DNA of 62,101 nt, counting the filler, from Choristocarpus tenellus KU-1152 (lineage: Eukaryota; Protista; Phaeophyceae), in assembly GCA_964200185.2 (NCBI GenBank). It is 14 parts of 14 records of this genome, joined end to end, with 100 filler letters (N's around TTAATTAATTAA, not from the genome) between each part and the next. Parts side by side here need not be neighbours in the genome. Positions count along the whole stretch, not along the records: positions 1 to 5,916 come from CAXNAD020009422.1; positions 6,017 to 9,267 come from CAXNAD020021257.1; positions 9,368 to 14,366 come from CAXNAD020012228.1; 11 more parts are not named here. The stretch is one strand, 5' to 3'. Shown piece by piece: positions 1-10,807 of the stretch. The notes under the pieces are model-generated. The model saw only the letters and a program-made list of their open reading frames with translations, ran no database searches and was not told the DNA's origin. The position numbers were made by a program, and so were the translations under genes. Within the stretch, counting starts at the first letter, position 1; every line of letters begins with the position of its first letter.

Positions 1-143
1 TCTCTGATTGTGATATGACATCGTAGACCAGTTCCTTTTTATACGATGATATTGATGATAATCCAAGTGAGAGATCCAGCATACTTGACGACTTGTGCAT
101 CAGGAGTCCTATACGTGCATCAGTATCACCTATCTATAGGCCT

Positions 144-335
144 GTAGATTGGAGCTATAGATCCTGTGGAGGGAAGCTTCTGGGGCGCGCTGTAACATGG
201 AGGTCCTACTGAGACTCGAACATGGGGTATGAGATTCAGAGTCTCAAGTGTTCTCCATGTTACAGCGTGCCCCCCAGAACTCACCTCCACAGGATGTGTA
301 ACTCAAATCCAACTACCTTAAAACGACGCTACGCG
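144..335. mobile_element. LTR-like end(s) forming an imperfect inverted repeat (144-202 / 253-312) around a tRNA-Gln-complementary core
   Basis: ...GCGCGCTGTAACA ends at 197 and is followed by TGGAGGTCCTACTGAGA (PBS-like). TGTTACAGCGTGCCCC starts at 258. The right arm recurs at 22466-22542. Confidence 0.6.
198..257 (-). pseudogene. tRNA-Gln(CTG)-derived fragment including 3' CCA; not a functional tRNA gene
   Basis: Minus strand reads TGGAGAACACT-TGAGA-CTCTGAA-TCTCA-TACCCCATG-TTCGAGT-CTCAG-TAGGACC-T-CCA. The anticodon arm is perfect and TTCGA and the 3' acceptor strand are present, but the T-stem is mispaired and the 5' acceptor strand is missing. Confidence 0.7.
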
Positions 336-1620
336 GGGGTTCACAGATGATGACCACGTATGGTGTCAGATGATGCTTAGCTCAGTCAATGTCTTGCTTT
401 TCGCTTTATCAAAACAGGGTAAGGATCAAAGAACTGAGTCGTGGTCAACGACTCTGACTTTTATTAACATCATTCACGGTTTTTCTAAAGCCAAAGAGTT
501 AAATGACGACTGCAAACTGCTGTGTAAATCCTCCAATCATAAATCTTTATTCTGCAACTTTCAGGAATTGACATCTATTCTGTAAGGTTATGTATGCATT
601 TCGAATCTTAGTCTGCATCTTCTATCTATTCAAAGTTCCTCTTATATTAATTCTTACGTATGTATACTGTTCGCGAATTTTGGGACGCAGAAAGAAATGC
701 TCGCGCTATTCGCCCGTAGCGTCTCCCCTTCCTCCGTGCAATATTGTGCCAATACCTTCAATCCACTCTCGCCAACTGCATATTACAACCTATCAAAAGA
801 GTCAAACGAATTGAGAGGTAGGCAGATTTGGACCCTTTTGAATGATTAGTCGTACTTCTTACCCTGTGCAATGCTCTCTATTTCATTGCGTTATGTGCAC
901 CATAGCGTACGTAAAATGATACTCCCCGTCTCCACACACAAAGTGACATCACAAACCAGCAAAAGCTCTTTCTACAATTGTACAAAATGACATTTTTTCC
1001 CCCTTTCTCGTGATCCTTTAAATACAACCTTACATGCTGGAGATGGAAAAAGTACGACTTCACGCGTCTTTGCATTCGATACCTGGTAGGAACTACTTCA
1101 GGTTACGTAGCCATCTTCTACGGTACGGTGATGCATGTGGAAACTTGCATGCAATAATACGGATCCTTCGAACTATTAATAGGAAGTTCAGGTGATCAGG
1201 GGTGGACACATCCTACCAATAGAAAACATGCAGTACGTTCAAACCATGCACTTGTTTTGATAGTCTCTGTATCACATCACCGATCTCGTAATTTCAATCT
1301 ACTTCCCCTCTCTCCGTAGACATTGTGTCCATATCAAAAGGGAGGGTAAACACACCTATTTGTGAGGCTCTGGTATACCACTAGAGGATCAAACTATTGT
1401 GGAAGTGGAGGACCTTTGGTTTTATTTCTTGCTGTCTTCTGTTTCACTTCACTAGAAATGTACAAATTACATTTTGAATTCAGAAAACAAACAAGAGGTT
1501 GTGTGAAACCGACGTTCGAATAATGCCTCCACCAAACTCCTGTCGGCGGTGGTATGTGGTGAGTGGTTAAATCCTAAGTCCTCGACCCTAGGATCGTAGT
1601 GACATTCTGTCACACTTTCG

Positions 1621-2664
1621 ATGGCGAAGGGGCTCATCAAATCTAAGGGCATGGGTCGGGTGGGAGGGCAACGTGGCAAGGGGAGGCGTGGGAAAAAAAA
1701 CTTCGGGCTGTCTTCTGGGCCACAGGGCAGGGCATTCCCAGCTTTCAAGCCACGCCCTGCCCCTGCCCTACCAGCGGAGTTGTCATCCTTGCCAAAGTTC
1801 GTCAAATGCATGAAATTTAAGGGTCGGAAGGCTGGATACTGCTTCAAAAAGGGTAAAACAGGCATTGGATATTACATCGACCGCGTGCAGATTGGCAACA
1901 TGAATTCAAGAGGTATCGCCAAACTGACTACAGCAGCTCCTCCTGAGACTGGCAAGGCTAAGGGTTCTGCTGAGACGATGAATGCAATCAAGGGAGGAGG
2001 TGTCATGATTAGGGAGAAGGGATGTCGTGTATCGAAGGGCGGAGAAGTGGAGACTATTAAGGCAATGGCAAGCCAGGGTGTACCTAAAGTGGAGGGTAAG
2101 GCCCTACAGCAACGAGTTGACACTGATGCTGAGAAAGCTACTGTTGGCGGTAAGGTTGAGAAAGGAGTATCATGCAATGAGAGTGGTCAGAACGATGTAA
2201 GCGATGCAGGCGATGATGGTGACAGCGTCGTGGAGGAGGATGATGGGTTGAAGGGGGAGGACGGGTCGAAGGAGGACGACGGACACGTTGAGAGTGAAGA
2301 GAGCGAGAGCGACTGCCCTGAGTCAGAGGATGAGAAAGAGGAGTTGGAAGACAGGATGGAGGAAGACGAAGAAGATGGTGGAAATCAAAAGGATGATTCC
2401 GAGAGGGACGATTCAGAGGGAGGAGAATCAGTGGGAGAAGACTCAGAGGGTGGGGTTGAATGTGACGAAGATGAAGAGTCCGGGGAGGAGAGTGACAAAG
2501 GCAAGGAACGGAGCAAAGTCGACACCTCTCCCGAAAAAGTCGAGGATGGTGAGGGTATCGAAGACAACAAGCTCACGGACGAGAACAGTGATGAGAGTAG
2601 CGACGGCGAGGAAGAGGAAGAGGTGGAAGAGGAGAAGAAAGAGGAGGAAGAGGAGAAGGAAGAG

Positions 2665-2695
<31 letters not shown>

Positions 2696-5345
2696 TCACC
2701 TTTTCTTCTCTAGGAGTGACGGGCGTGCTTTGCGATGCAGCGGCACAGTTTAAGTGGACATATGCAACTAAGATTCAGAGGGAGGCAATACCTCTTGCAT
2801 TCAAGGTGCGTGTATGGTTTTGAGGGGGAAGAAGTGAAGGGGGAGGTAGGACATGGAAGGATTTATGTCAAACAAGGAAGAACAAGGGAAGACCAAGATC
2901 AACAACAGTGCGAAACATGAGCAGTTCTTTCTCTTGTCCTGACTTCATACCTCCCTGGCTTCAAACACTTCATTGATGATTCTGGTGTTTTTTACTACCC
3001 CCTCTATAGAACAGTGCAATGGACTGTTCCTCCTTTGCGGTCGCCAGTCACTGGAGAATGAGGTCCTCTCCTGACGCCTGATAGTGCATTGATGCCCTCA
3101 ACTCATCCATGCCTGCAATATTTTATGCTTCCTCATTCACTGTTAAAGTACTGAACTACATTATACCACAATGTAAGGCTTTTCTCGGACAAAACTTGAC
3201 AAAATTTCAAAATTTCCATTCCTTTTTGTTGTGCTACCTAGAGTGTGTTGAATGAAAGTGAGGGAGTGACTCCCTCCCCATCTCTCCTTTCCTGTTCCCT
3301 GTCTGGTTCTCCTGTTCTTGGTTTACCTTAGCTTCTATGACTGGTCAGAAGGTGGCATACTGGTCCTGCTCCCATCTCAATGTTCACTCCCCCTCACTCC
3401 CCCCTCCAAATTGCTCTGTTGCTGATACCAGGGGAAGGATGTTATTGGCCTAGCAGAGACGGGTTCTGGTAAGACTGGTGCCTTTGCCATTCCCATCCTG
3501 CAGTCCTTACTGGAGAACCCTCAGCGACTGTTTGCTCTGATCCTAGCCCCCACACGTGAGCTGGCTTTCCAGATCAATGAGGTGGGGTAGATAGAAACTC
3601 CCTTTCCCATGTGCTCCCTTTATGGTATGGTCCAAGCAACATGATTTTTACCAAAGTCTGGACGCCGCATATTGAGTCATTGTGAATCATTGTGGGTTAT
3701 GGTGAATCATTGTGAATCATTGTGAGAGATTGGTGATGATGATGATGATGATTATGTTACACCCATCAACCAAAGCTCTAGCTTAAACTGAGTAAGATAG
3801 TGTAACCATTTTATTTTTTCTGGCCTCTTTAATTGACTCTGGTCTAAGCAGTTGGCGATTGTTAGGTTTTGTCTGGTCAACTATATCGAAAGCAGATTTG
3901 AGTTTGGACTCTGATCCAGCTTGCCAAGACAAGGCACACACACACACACACACACACAGACAGATGCTCTTATGTTTTTCCTAGTATTTGAATTCTCAGT
4001 ACTGGTGGAGAAAAAACGTGAAAACTTTCACGCTTGAGGTTACTGAAGGCTCATGCTGTTTTGTTTTTTAATACTTGAAACTAGACCGTCAATCTCCAAG
4101 TTGAGTCTGGTTTTTTGGACAATACATATTTTTTTGAGAGGTCTTTTTTTTGTTGTCAAATTCTCGTGGAAAATTCTTGTTCTCAAATATGAGATGTAAA
4201 CCTTTCGCTCTGAATGACAGCTCTGGGCCACTTTGGTTCGTTCTGTAGCAACCTGTGGCCAGACTGTTGGGTGCTCTGTGACAAACAATCTTAAGGGTGA
4301 ATGCTATACGCTTCCATCTTCTTATCCTCCTAGCTTGTGGCCTATACGGTATAGTAGTGTCAGTCACGCATGGATTTGTTCTTGGAGATGGGTGATATTA
4401 TACACATCAACGAATGTATCCTTTGAGTTTTCAAACCAATTCCGATTGGTTGTGATGTAATTTTGGAACGATTTTGAGACAATTGGGGTCGATCGTGCTG
4501 TAGGCAATGAATGAGCTGGGGAGAGAGAGGGAGATAAGATCAGTTTTTTGAAGACTGTGTTTGGAATCCTCTTGTGTAGGCTGTCACCGTGGTCCTTGTT
4601 TTACCCTTCAATTCCAAGAACTTTGCGAACTACTGCCCTGCACTCTGTTGTGAATATTGTGTTGCCTGAATCATAGCTTGCACTGCGAGGACTTAACTAT
4701 GCCCTGCTGTTGTAATTGGGGTATAGGTATGTTGACTGGTGGGCACAATGAGGACGCTGTGCAGGCTTTTGCAACTCCGATGTCCTGGGTACATAAGGGG
4801 GTTGCAGCGCAGGGGTTGTATCATACTGCTGACTAGGTGGTGGATTAACAAGCACTTAACAAAACTTTGTGATACCAGGTGTATTGAAAACATCCCACTG
4901 TAGTGGTGGTTGTCCTTTAAAAAAAAATTAATGTCTGCTAATGGCAGGTGGTGCTTGTACCCTAATCCTGTTACTCAATAAACTTGAATCCTTGACTGTC
5001 GAGTCCCTAACCCTAACCCTCCAATCAACATATTTAGATTTGAAGTATATTGGTTGCTGTTGGTTTCCCCAGGGTCGAGTTATCTTTTTTTTTCTTCCTT
5101 CCCTTGTGAAATATGAAACTGGAAGAAAATTATTAGAAAATTATGCCACATGGAAATTTCTTGTGAGTGCATGGGGAAGAAGTTGGCAACTATGCACAAA
5201 CTTGATTTTGATTCTTGATTCTTGATTCTTGATTCTTGGTTCAGGTACCATATCTTCCAAGAGGCAACCTTGAGCCATGATCTCCTTGCCTCAAACCCTC
5301 TGTCCCCTCCTGCACCTGTTCAGTCACACTTGTCTTCATGTCCCC

Positions 5346-5401
<56 letters not shown>

Positions 5402-5621
5402 CGCGGGCCGGCTGCCGCGGCGGCGCCGNNNNNNNNNNCTTGCGCCCTGGTCCCCTTGCCCCAAACCCCCCCCCCCCCCCCCCCCCTGTTCCGTCCCCCT
5501 TGTCTTCATGGCCCCCCCCCCCCCCCCCCCCCTGCCTCAAAACAAGGTGATGGAGGCGCTCGGCGTTGCCATTGGCCTGAAGACTGTGTGCATAGTAGGG
5601 GGTATCGACATGTTCCAACAG
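1621..5621 (+). CDS. DDX47: DEAD-box RNA helicase DDX47/RRP3, 3'-partial; exons 1621-2805, 3432-3581, 5547-5621
   Basis: Spliced translation gives the Q motif (TFSSLGV...[10 protein letters not shown]), [24 protein letters not shown] (motif I), [11 protein letters not shown] (motif Ia) and CIVGGIDM (GG). Introns are GT-AG and phase-compatible. Confidence 0.93.
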
Positions 5622-5847
5622 GTGAACAAGTGAGAGTCTGCGGGAAAACATGGAAGGCGTTTTGAGGCCCCAAGTGATGCGCTTCCTGTTTTCGCTATAT
5701 TTTTGACGCAATTGGATGCAGTTCTTTTTGTGTATCTAACAGTACCCTGCACTTGTCTGTGAATGGCAAGACAGTTTATCCCAAGCCCTCACCATCGCAG
5801 CATCCATTTATCCCCTTGCTTCACTTGTGTGTCACAATAACTCTCCC

Positions 5848-5900
<53 letters not shown>

Positions 5901-5916
5901 CCCCCTCCTCCTCCAC

Positions 5917-6016
5917 NNNNNNNNNNNNNNNNNNNNNNNNNNNNNNNNNNNNNNNNNNNNTTAATTAATTAANNNNNNNNNNNNNNNNNNNNNNNNNNNN
6001 NNNNNNNNNNNNNNNN
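5917..6016. other. Artificial contig-joining spacer N44-TTAATTAATTAA-N44, first of 13 (others at 9268-9367, 14367-14466, 17383-17482, 22583-22682, 25807-25906, 33481-33580, 36900-36999, 41833-41932, 46098-46197, 49899-49998, 54701-54800, 59182-59281)
   Basis: Identical 100-bp blocks; TTAATTAATTAA places stop codons in all six frames; genes are truncated at these blocks. Confidence 0.98.
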
Positions 6017-6408
6017 CCTTGCCCCTGTCTGTTGCCTTTCCCCGGCCCTTGGCGATGCCCTGCCTGATATGTGGCCCTCTCTGGCAGGGTAATGGCGATG
6101 GTATTGAGAGGTGTTCTGTGGGGAAGTAGAGAGGACTCGGTGAGCAGTCCTAGCAGAATGGGACCGTATCCCTGTAATCACCCCGAATACATTTGCAGCA
6201 CCCTCACCTAAGAGGAAGAGAGATGTCATAAAGAAATGACAGCTTTTGTTGGATGAACGGACAATTGGAGTACACCCTAAGTGTCTTTTTCGCGACGGGG
6301 GTGACCCAAAGTATCTGGGAGGGGGGGGGGGGGGGGGGCGCACCCCGGGGGGTCCTGTGGGACAAAAAGGGGGGAAGAAAATTTACACCCCCGGTACANN
6401 NNNNNNNT

Positions 6409-6462
<54 letters not shown>

Positions 6463-7445
6463 CTACACCAGGGTGTCCATTTGGACCAAAATTGGGAAAG
6501 TACATTTACATCCGACGTATGCAACCAAATCACCCAAAAATCGTGATATGAAGAATTGACCCCAAATGGACAGCCGCCACCCCCTCCCAGATACTTTGAG
6601 CCAGAACAAGGGAGGGAAAGTTCTTCACTAGTGCTAGCTTGTCACCAGAGCCAGCATGGACAAGGGTCCAATGCATGGGCCTCCACACCACCCCCAGAAC
6701 CAGCACGCCAGACCCCTTCCGTAGAGTTTAGCCTCACTGCCAGCAGATCTCTACAGAGGGAGGAGGCCCTATGCAGCAGGTGTCCCGTAACTAGATGTAC
6801 AGGAGGCATAATGTCGACACCCAACATGCTTGTACCTGTCCTAGGGTGGGAGGATAGGGGTGCCAGCACACACTGATGGTTCAACATCTAGGCCAACTCT
6901 GCAAGGGAATGGGCATCCCTTGCACTATGAAGGATGGTAGCTCATTCACAGTGAACTGGAACTTTCACATGTATGTGGTCTCCCATGGTGGGGTACTCAA
7001 GGATCTCAGCTCGGCTCCCTACCGGGGCAAAGGCATACTCCTAGATGTTGCTTTTGCAGAAGTTGGAGCAGCCTTTCATCTGCCCCACTCATTCACCAGC
7101 AATGGTGTGGGTACTGCTGCAGCTGAGGTGCAAAAGCGCACCCACTTGAGGGTTCTTTTGACCCTCGCAGTTTGAACCTCAACACCTTCGCCGTGGAAAG
7201 TATAAGATGCCTCAGTAAGCAAGAAGATTTTATTTTAATGAGTTGGCCACACACCCAGTGGGGGGGAGAGGGGGGGGACGATATAGCAAGAAAGGGGCTA
7301 TCAAGTCCCGCTTATGGCCGATAGGTGTCCGTTACTGCACAAATGGGTCTCTCTACGTGTCATGTCTTTCAAGCTAGAAACACCAGGCAGATGGACAAGA
7401 ACGGGCCTCTTATATTCTTGGGATGCTTCCCTAACTCCTCCCACA
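6017..7445 (+). mobile_element. Decayed non-LTR retrotransposon 3' region with restriction-like endonuclease (CRE-like), interrupted by a MITE
   Basis: Frameshifted translation contains ILLDVAF...AAAEVQKRTH.EGSFDPRS...TFAVES. It is homologous to 47370-47745 and 41933-42600 and shares the 3' motif TTCTTGGGATGCTTCCCTA. Confidence 0.7.
6303..6602. mobile_element. MITE family A (TIR about GGCTCAAAGTATCTGGG); copy spans a small gap
   Basis: GACCCAAAGTATCTGGG ... CCCAGATACTTTGAGCC, with internal TGTCCATTTGG / CCAAATGGACA; several copies in the window. Confidence 0.8.
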
Positions 7446-7494
7446 CCCTTCTAGGGCTAAGCTAGGTTAGGTATATGGTAGTAATGGTGGTAGT

Positions 7495-7867
7495 TGTGAA
7501 TCGTGTCATTCTGTGGCGGCGAGGTTCTCTCAGGCAAGGGTAGTGAAGATAATCACCGGGCAAGACGGACCACACGAACAAGGATGAACCGTAACCGAGG
7601 GTATGAGGTTAAGGAGTGATGAGCACCATCAAAGACGGGGCTTCATCACCATCAGTCAAGACGTGAGAATATAATGGATTTTCCATGTATGTGTGACATT
7701 CTGACGGAAAATCCGTCTTTCAAAACATGGACTCTTGACTGAGGACCTCAATCGGTACCATGATATAGCGGTATATGGCATACGGCAGTAACGGTATAAT
7801 AACAGGCAAACATGCTTTCACCACCAGTCAAGACGTGAGAAAAAAGTGTATCTTCCATGTGTGACAT
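7495..7867 (+). mobile_element. Solo-LTR-like repeat, copy 1 (with a 3' partial duplication)
   Basis: About 330 bp highly similar to the reverse complement of 8518-8868; starts TGT. Confidence 0.6.
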
Positions 7868-8517
7868 TACTATACTATTATTACTCTTAATATATATTTC
7901 TATGTTCTCATCTTTTGTATATACATATTATTATTCAGATGTATGAGGGGAAAGACCTTTCAAGTATGTATGTGTCAGGTAAAAAGTAAAACCCATATTA
8001 CAAACATTCTTATAAAAAATAACAGTAGTTGCCATTATTTTATTATTATGCCCTCGGACATTTTGCAGATGATGTGTCAGGGGGGAAACCAATGAAAACT
8101 ATATATATGTCGCTATAAGCCCTAAAGAAATATAATATAAAACATTGCAAGTGTGGAAACCACTAACCAGTTACTTCAGCACATATTTTATTATTATGCC
8201 CTCTGACATTTTGCAGATGTGTCAGAGGGGAAACCAATGAAAACTATCCCACATACCAAATATTGTACTACTACTGTCTTCCTTTAACATCCTCTCAGCA
8301 AAATTGAGGATGGAGCATACTATGGAGGATGGGTTTGACCCAAAATGGTGCGCGGAAAGTGTCTATATCTTAGCTTCCCATCTACCTACTCCTGTGCCCC
8401 ATGCCTGTTGCCATTATTGTAGAGATAAGTGAATCCAAAATCTGTATCCTATTGTAATTTCAACGTTCAAAGTAGTGTTGTTGTATATGTAGTATTTTAA
8501 ATGTAATATATACACGA

Positions 8518-8868
8518 TGTGGAAAGCATGTTTGCTTGTTATTATACCGTTATTGCCGTATGCCATATACCGCTATACTGTGGTACCGATTGAGGTTCCC
8601 AGTCAAGAAACCATGATTTCACGGACAGACTTTCTGTCCGAATGTCACACATGGAAGATCCACTTTATTCTCACTTCTTGATTGATGGTGATCAAGCCCC
8701 ACCTTTGATGGTGCTCATCACTCCTCCTAAGTTTGCACTTGTCCAACTTTAACCTCGTACCCTCGGTTACGGTTCGTCCTTGTTCGTGTGGTCCGTCTTG
8801 CCCGATGATTCTCTTCACCACCCTTGCCTGAGTGAACCACGCCGCCACAGAATAACACGATTCATACA
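8518..8868 (-). mobile_element. Solo-LTR-like repeat, copy 2, inverted relative to copy 1
   Basis: Minus strand runs TGTATGAATCG...CTTTCCACA (TG...CA termini); no TSD seen. Confidence 0.6.
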
Positions 8869-9394
8869 ATTGTTCTCAGACTGGTGTCCAACTAGTGACA
8901 AAGGACAATGAAGAGGTTGTAGTGAGTGTACACATCATTTTGTTTTTGAACTTTTTCGAAGGGATCACTGTTGCATCTGTTTCAAATAGAACTTTTGTAA
9001 CATATCTTACCATTAACACCAGTAGTAGTAGTAGAAGGACTAGTTGTTGTTACAATAATAATAAAATAGTAATAATAATATATTTATTATCTTCCCTAAA
9101 ACATTTACATAAACAAAGTGAGAGTTTATGAAGTAAACTGAGTTTTGTGGGCGGGAGAATTCTGGTTGGCTGGGGGCACAGGATAAGAACGTGGGGAGAA
9201 GGAAAAAGAAGAAGTAGGAAGAAAAGGAATAGTTAAGGAAGGAACGAGATAGTTAATGGAAATTAGTNNNNNNNNNNNNNNNNNNNNNNNNNNNNNNNNN
9301 NNNNNNNNNNNTTAATTAATTAANNNNNNNNNNNNNNNNNNNNNNNNNNNNNNNNNNNNNNNNNNNNCCCCCTTCAACCCCCAACTTAGCTTGC

Positions 9395-10807
9395 CTCTAT
9401 GGTATAGAAAGATCCATCTGGGGAGAGAGTAGCTTTGGTAGAGAGACTGAAGGCATCACTCCCTGAGCCTTGCTCTGACAGGCAGAAGCTAGCGATCTGC
9501 CCTGAGCAGAGGTGAGGAAAATACTTAGCCTGCAGGGCATCGCTTCCCCAGAATCTGCAAAAAAAAATGAGAAAAGGGGGAGAGATGATTGGATGAGAGA
9601 CGAGCAGGGGTAGTTGGGGTAAACCTAGCCCACACTGTAACCCATAATGCAAAAAAGTGAGGGCAAATTGGCAAGAGTTTACACACAATTCACAGCAGTT
9701 TGTGTGCCAGAGTACAACCTACGTGCATGTATCTAGGAGGGGAGATCGACAAGAAGCCGAAGAGTGCAAGCACACTCCGGATATCCCGTCCACTGGATAC
9801 ATACTACACGCAGGCAGATTGATATTTCAAGCAATAATCAGGGCACAACACCCAATTTGATAAGCTCTCTTGATATGTGTGCTTGATATCAAATTCCTCA
9901 GCAAGATCAAGGCAAACAGATCAGGCAGGCAGCAAAGGGGAATATGTGAAACTGCCCTCTTGAGAGTGATATATGTGAGACTGTCCTCTTGAATGTGGGA
10001 GAAGAAACGTGTCTAGCAATGCAATCTGAGTACCATGCCGTGAACAGTGGATATGGTGGCCAGTGACTTTGATAGATGTGAATTGTGGCAATTGAACTAT
10101 CATAAGACTACGCAAGTAAGTCATAACAAGACATGAGCAAGCAACCACCCCGTTCTCGTCTTCCCCCCTTGCCTCAGCATGTTGTTAATGAGGGTGTTCT
10201 GAATATCCACAAGTACCGCCACAGCCGGATCTACACGTGCAATCTCCTCCACCACAATGCAAGCAGACATAAAGCCGAGTCCTGCTCCTCCATATTCCTC
10301 GGGTGCCTCCACACCCATCAGACCGTTTTCGAAGAGCCCAGATATAACGTTTGGATGCATGGCGCTCTGGTCGTCCATCTCTCGAACCCGAGGGGCGATC
10401 ACATCGGCCGCAAACTTCGAAACTGACACAGAATGGCGTCAGCCATCCGAGCAAAAGGGATAATGGGAGAGTTGGAAACAAAGGAGAAGTGTAAGGAGAT
10501 TAGGCGGGGTGTAGTGGTAGATTTCACCAGTGCATAGCTCTTCCAAGCCAATTGGATACAACCCTCACGACAGCTTACAGCATTGCTCCTCAACGCCTTC
10601 TCGACTGCCAACTTGTCACGTACCTGTCTCCCGGGTCATCTCCTCCTCCTCGGTGAAATCATTCATCCCAGTTGAAGAATACGACCTTCGTCCGAATGGC
10701 AAGGAGCGTTTCGACAGTTCTCCGGTTTGTCCCCAAAATAGATTGTTACCTAGAGAGGATATGAGGAGATGGGACGACATCAAGGACGATAAGGGATTGA
10801 GCTGCAT
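9395..10807 (-). CDS. ACADSB: Mitochondrial short/branched-chain acyl-CoA dehydrogenase, 3'-partial; exons 10807-10624, 10422-10173, 9554-9395
   Basis: FTEEEEMTRETVSKFA...IAPRVREMD...LFENGLMGVE.PEEYGGAG...VEEIARVDPAVAVLVDIQNTL...ASFCLSEQGSGSDAF; Ser/Arg-rich presequence-like N-terminus. The start codon is tentative. Confidence 0.9.

Noticed and set aside
198-257. Functional tRNA-Gln gene
   Set aside because: No 5' acceptor strand, mispaired T-stem and encoded CCA; retained only as a tRNA-derived fragment.
5439-5530. Apparent local duplications around 10-N gaps (5283-5345 versus 5450-5515; 6340-6398 versus 6462-6520; 20856-20915 versus 20951-21010)
   Set aside because: One copy is a C- or G-smeared version of the other, typical of read-quality collapse after homopolymers; probably an artefact.
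5961-5972. Recurrent TTAATTAATTAA palindrome as a biological motif
   Set aside because: Always centred in exactly 44+44 Ns; it is an assembly linker with six-frame stops. Gene neighbourhoods across linkers were not interpreted.
5222-6551. Poly-Pro and poly-Gly ORFs (also near 17198, 33590 and 35327)
   Set aside because: Translations of C/G homopolymers beside N gaps, in introns or MITEs.
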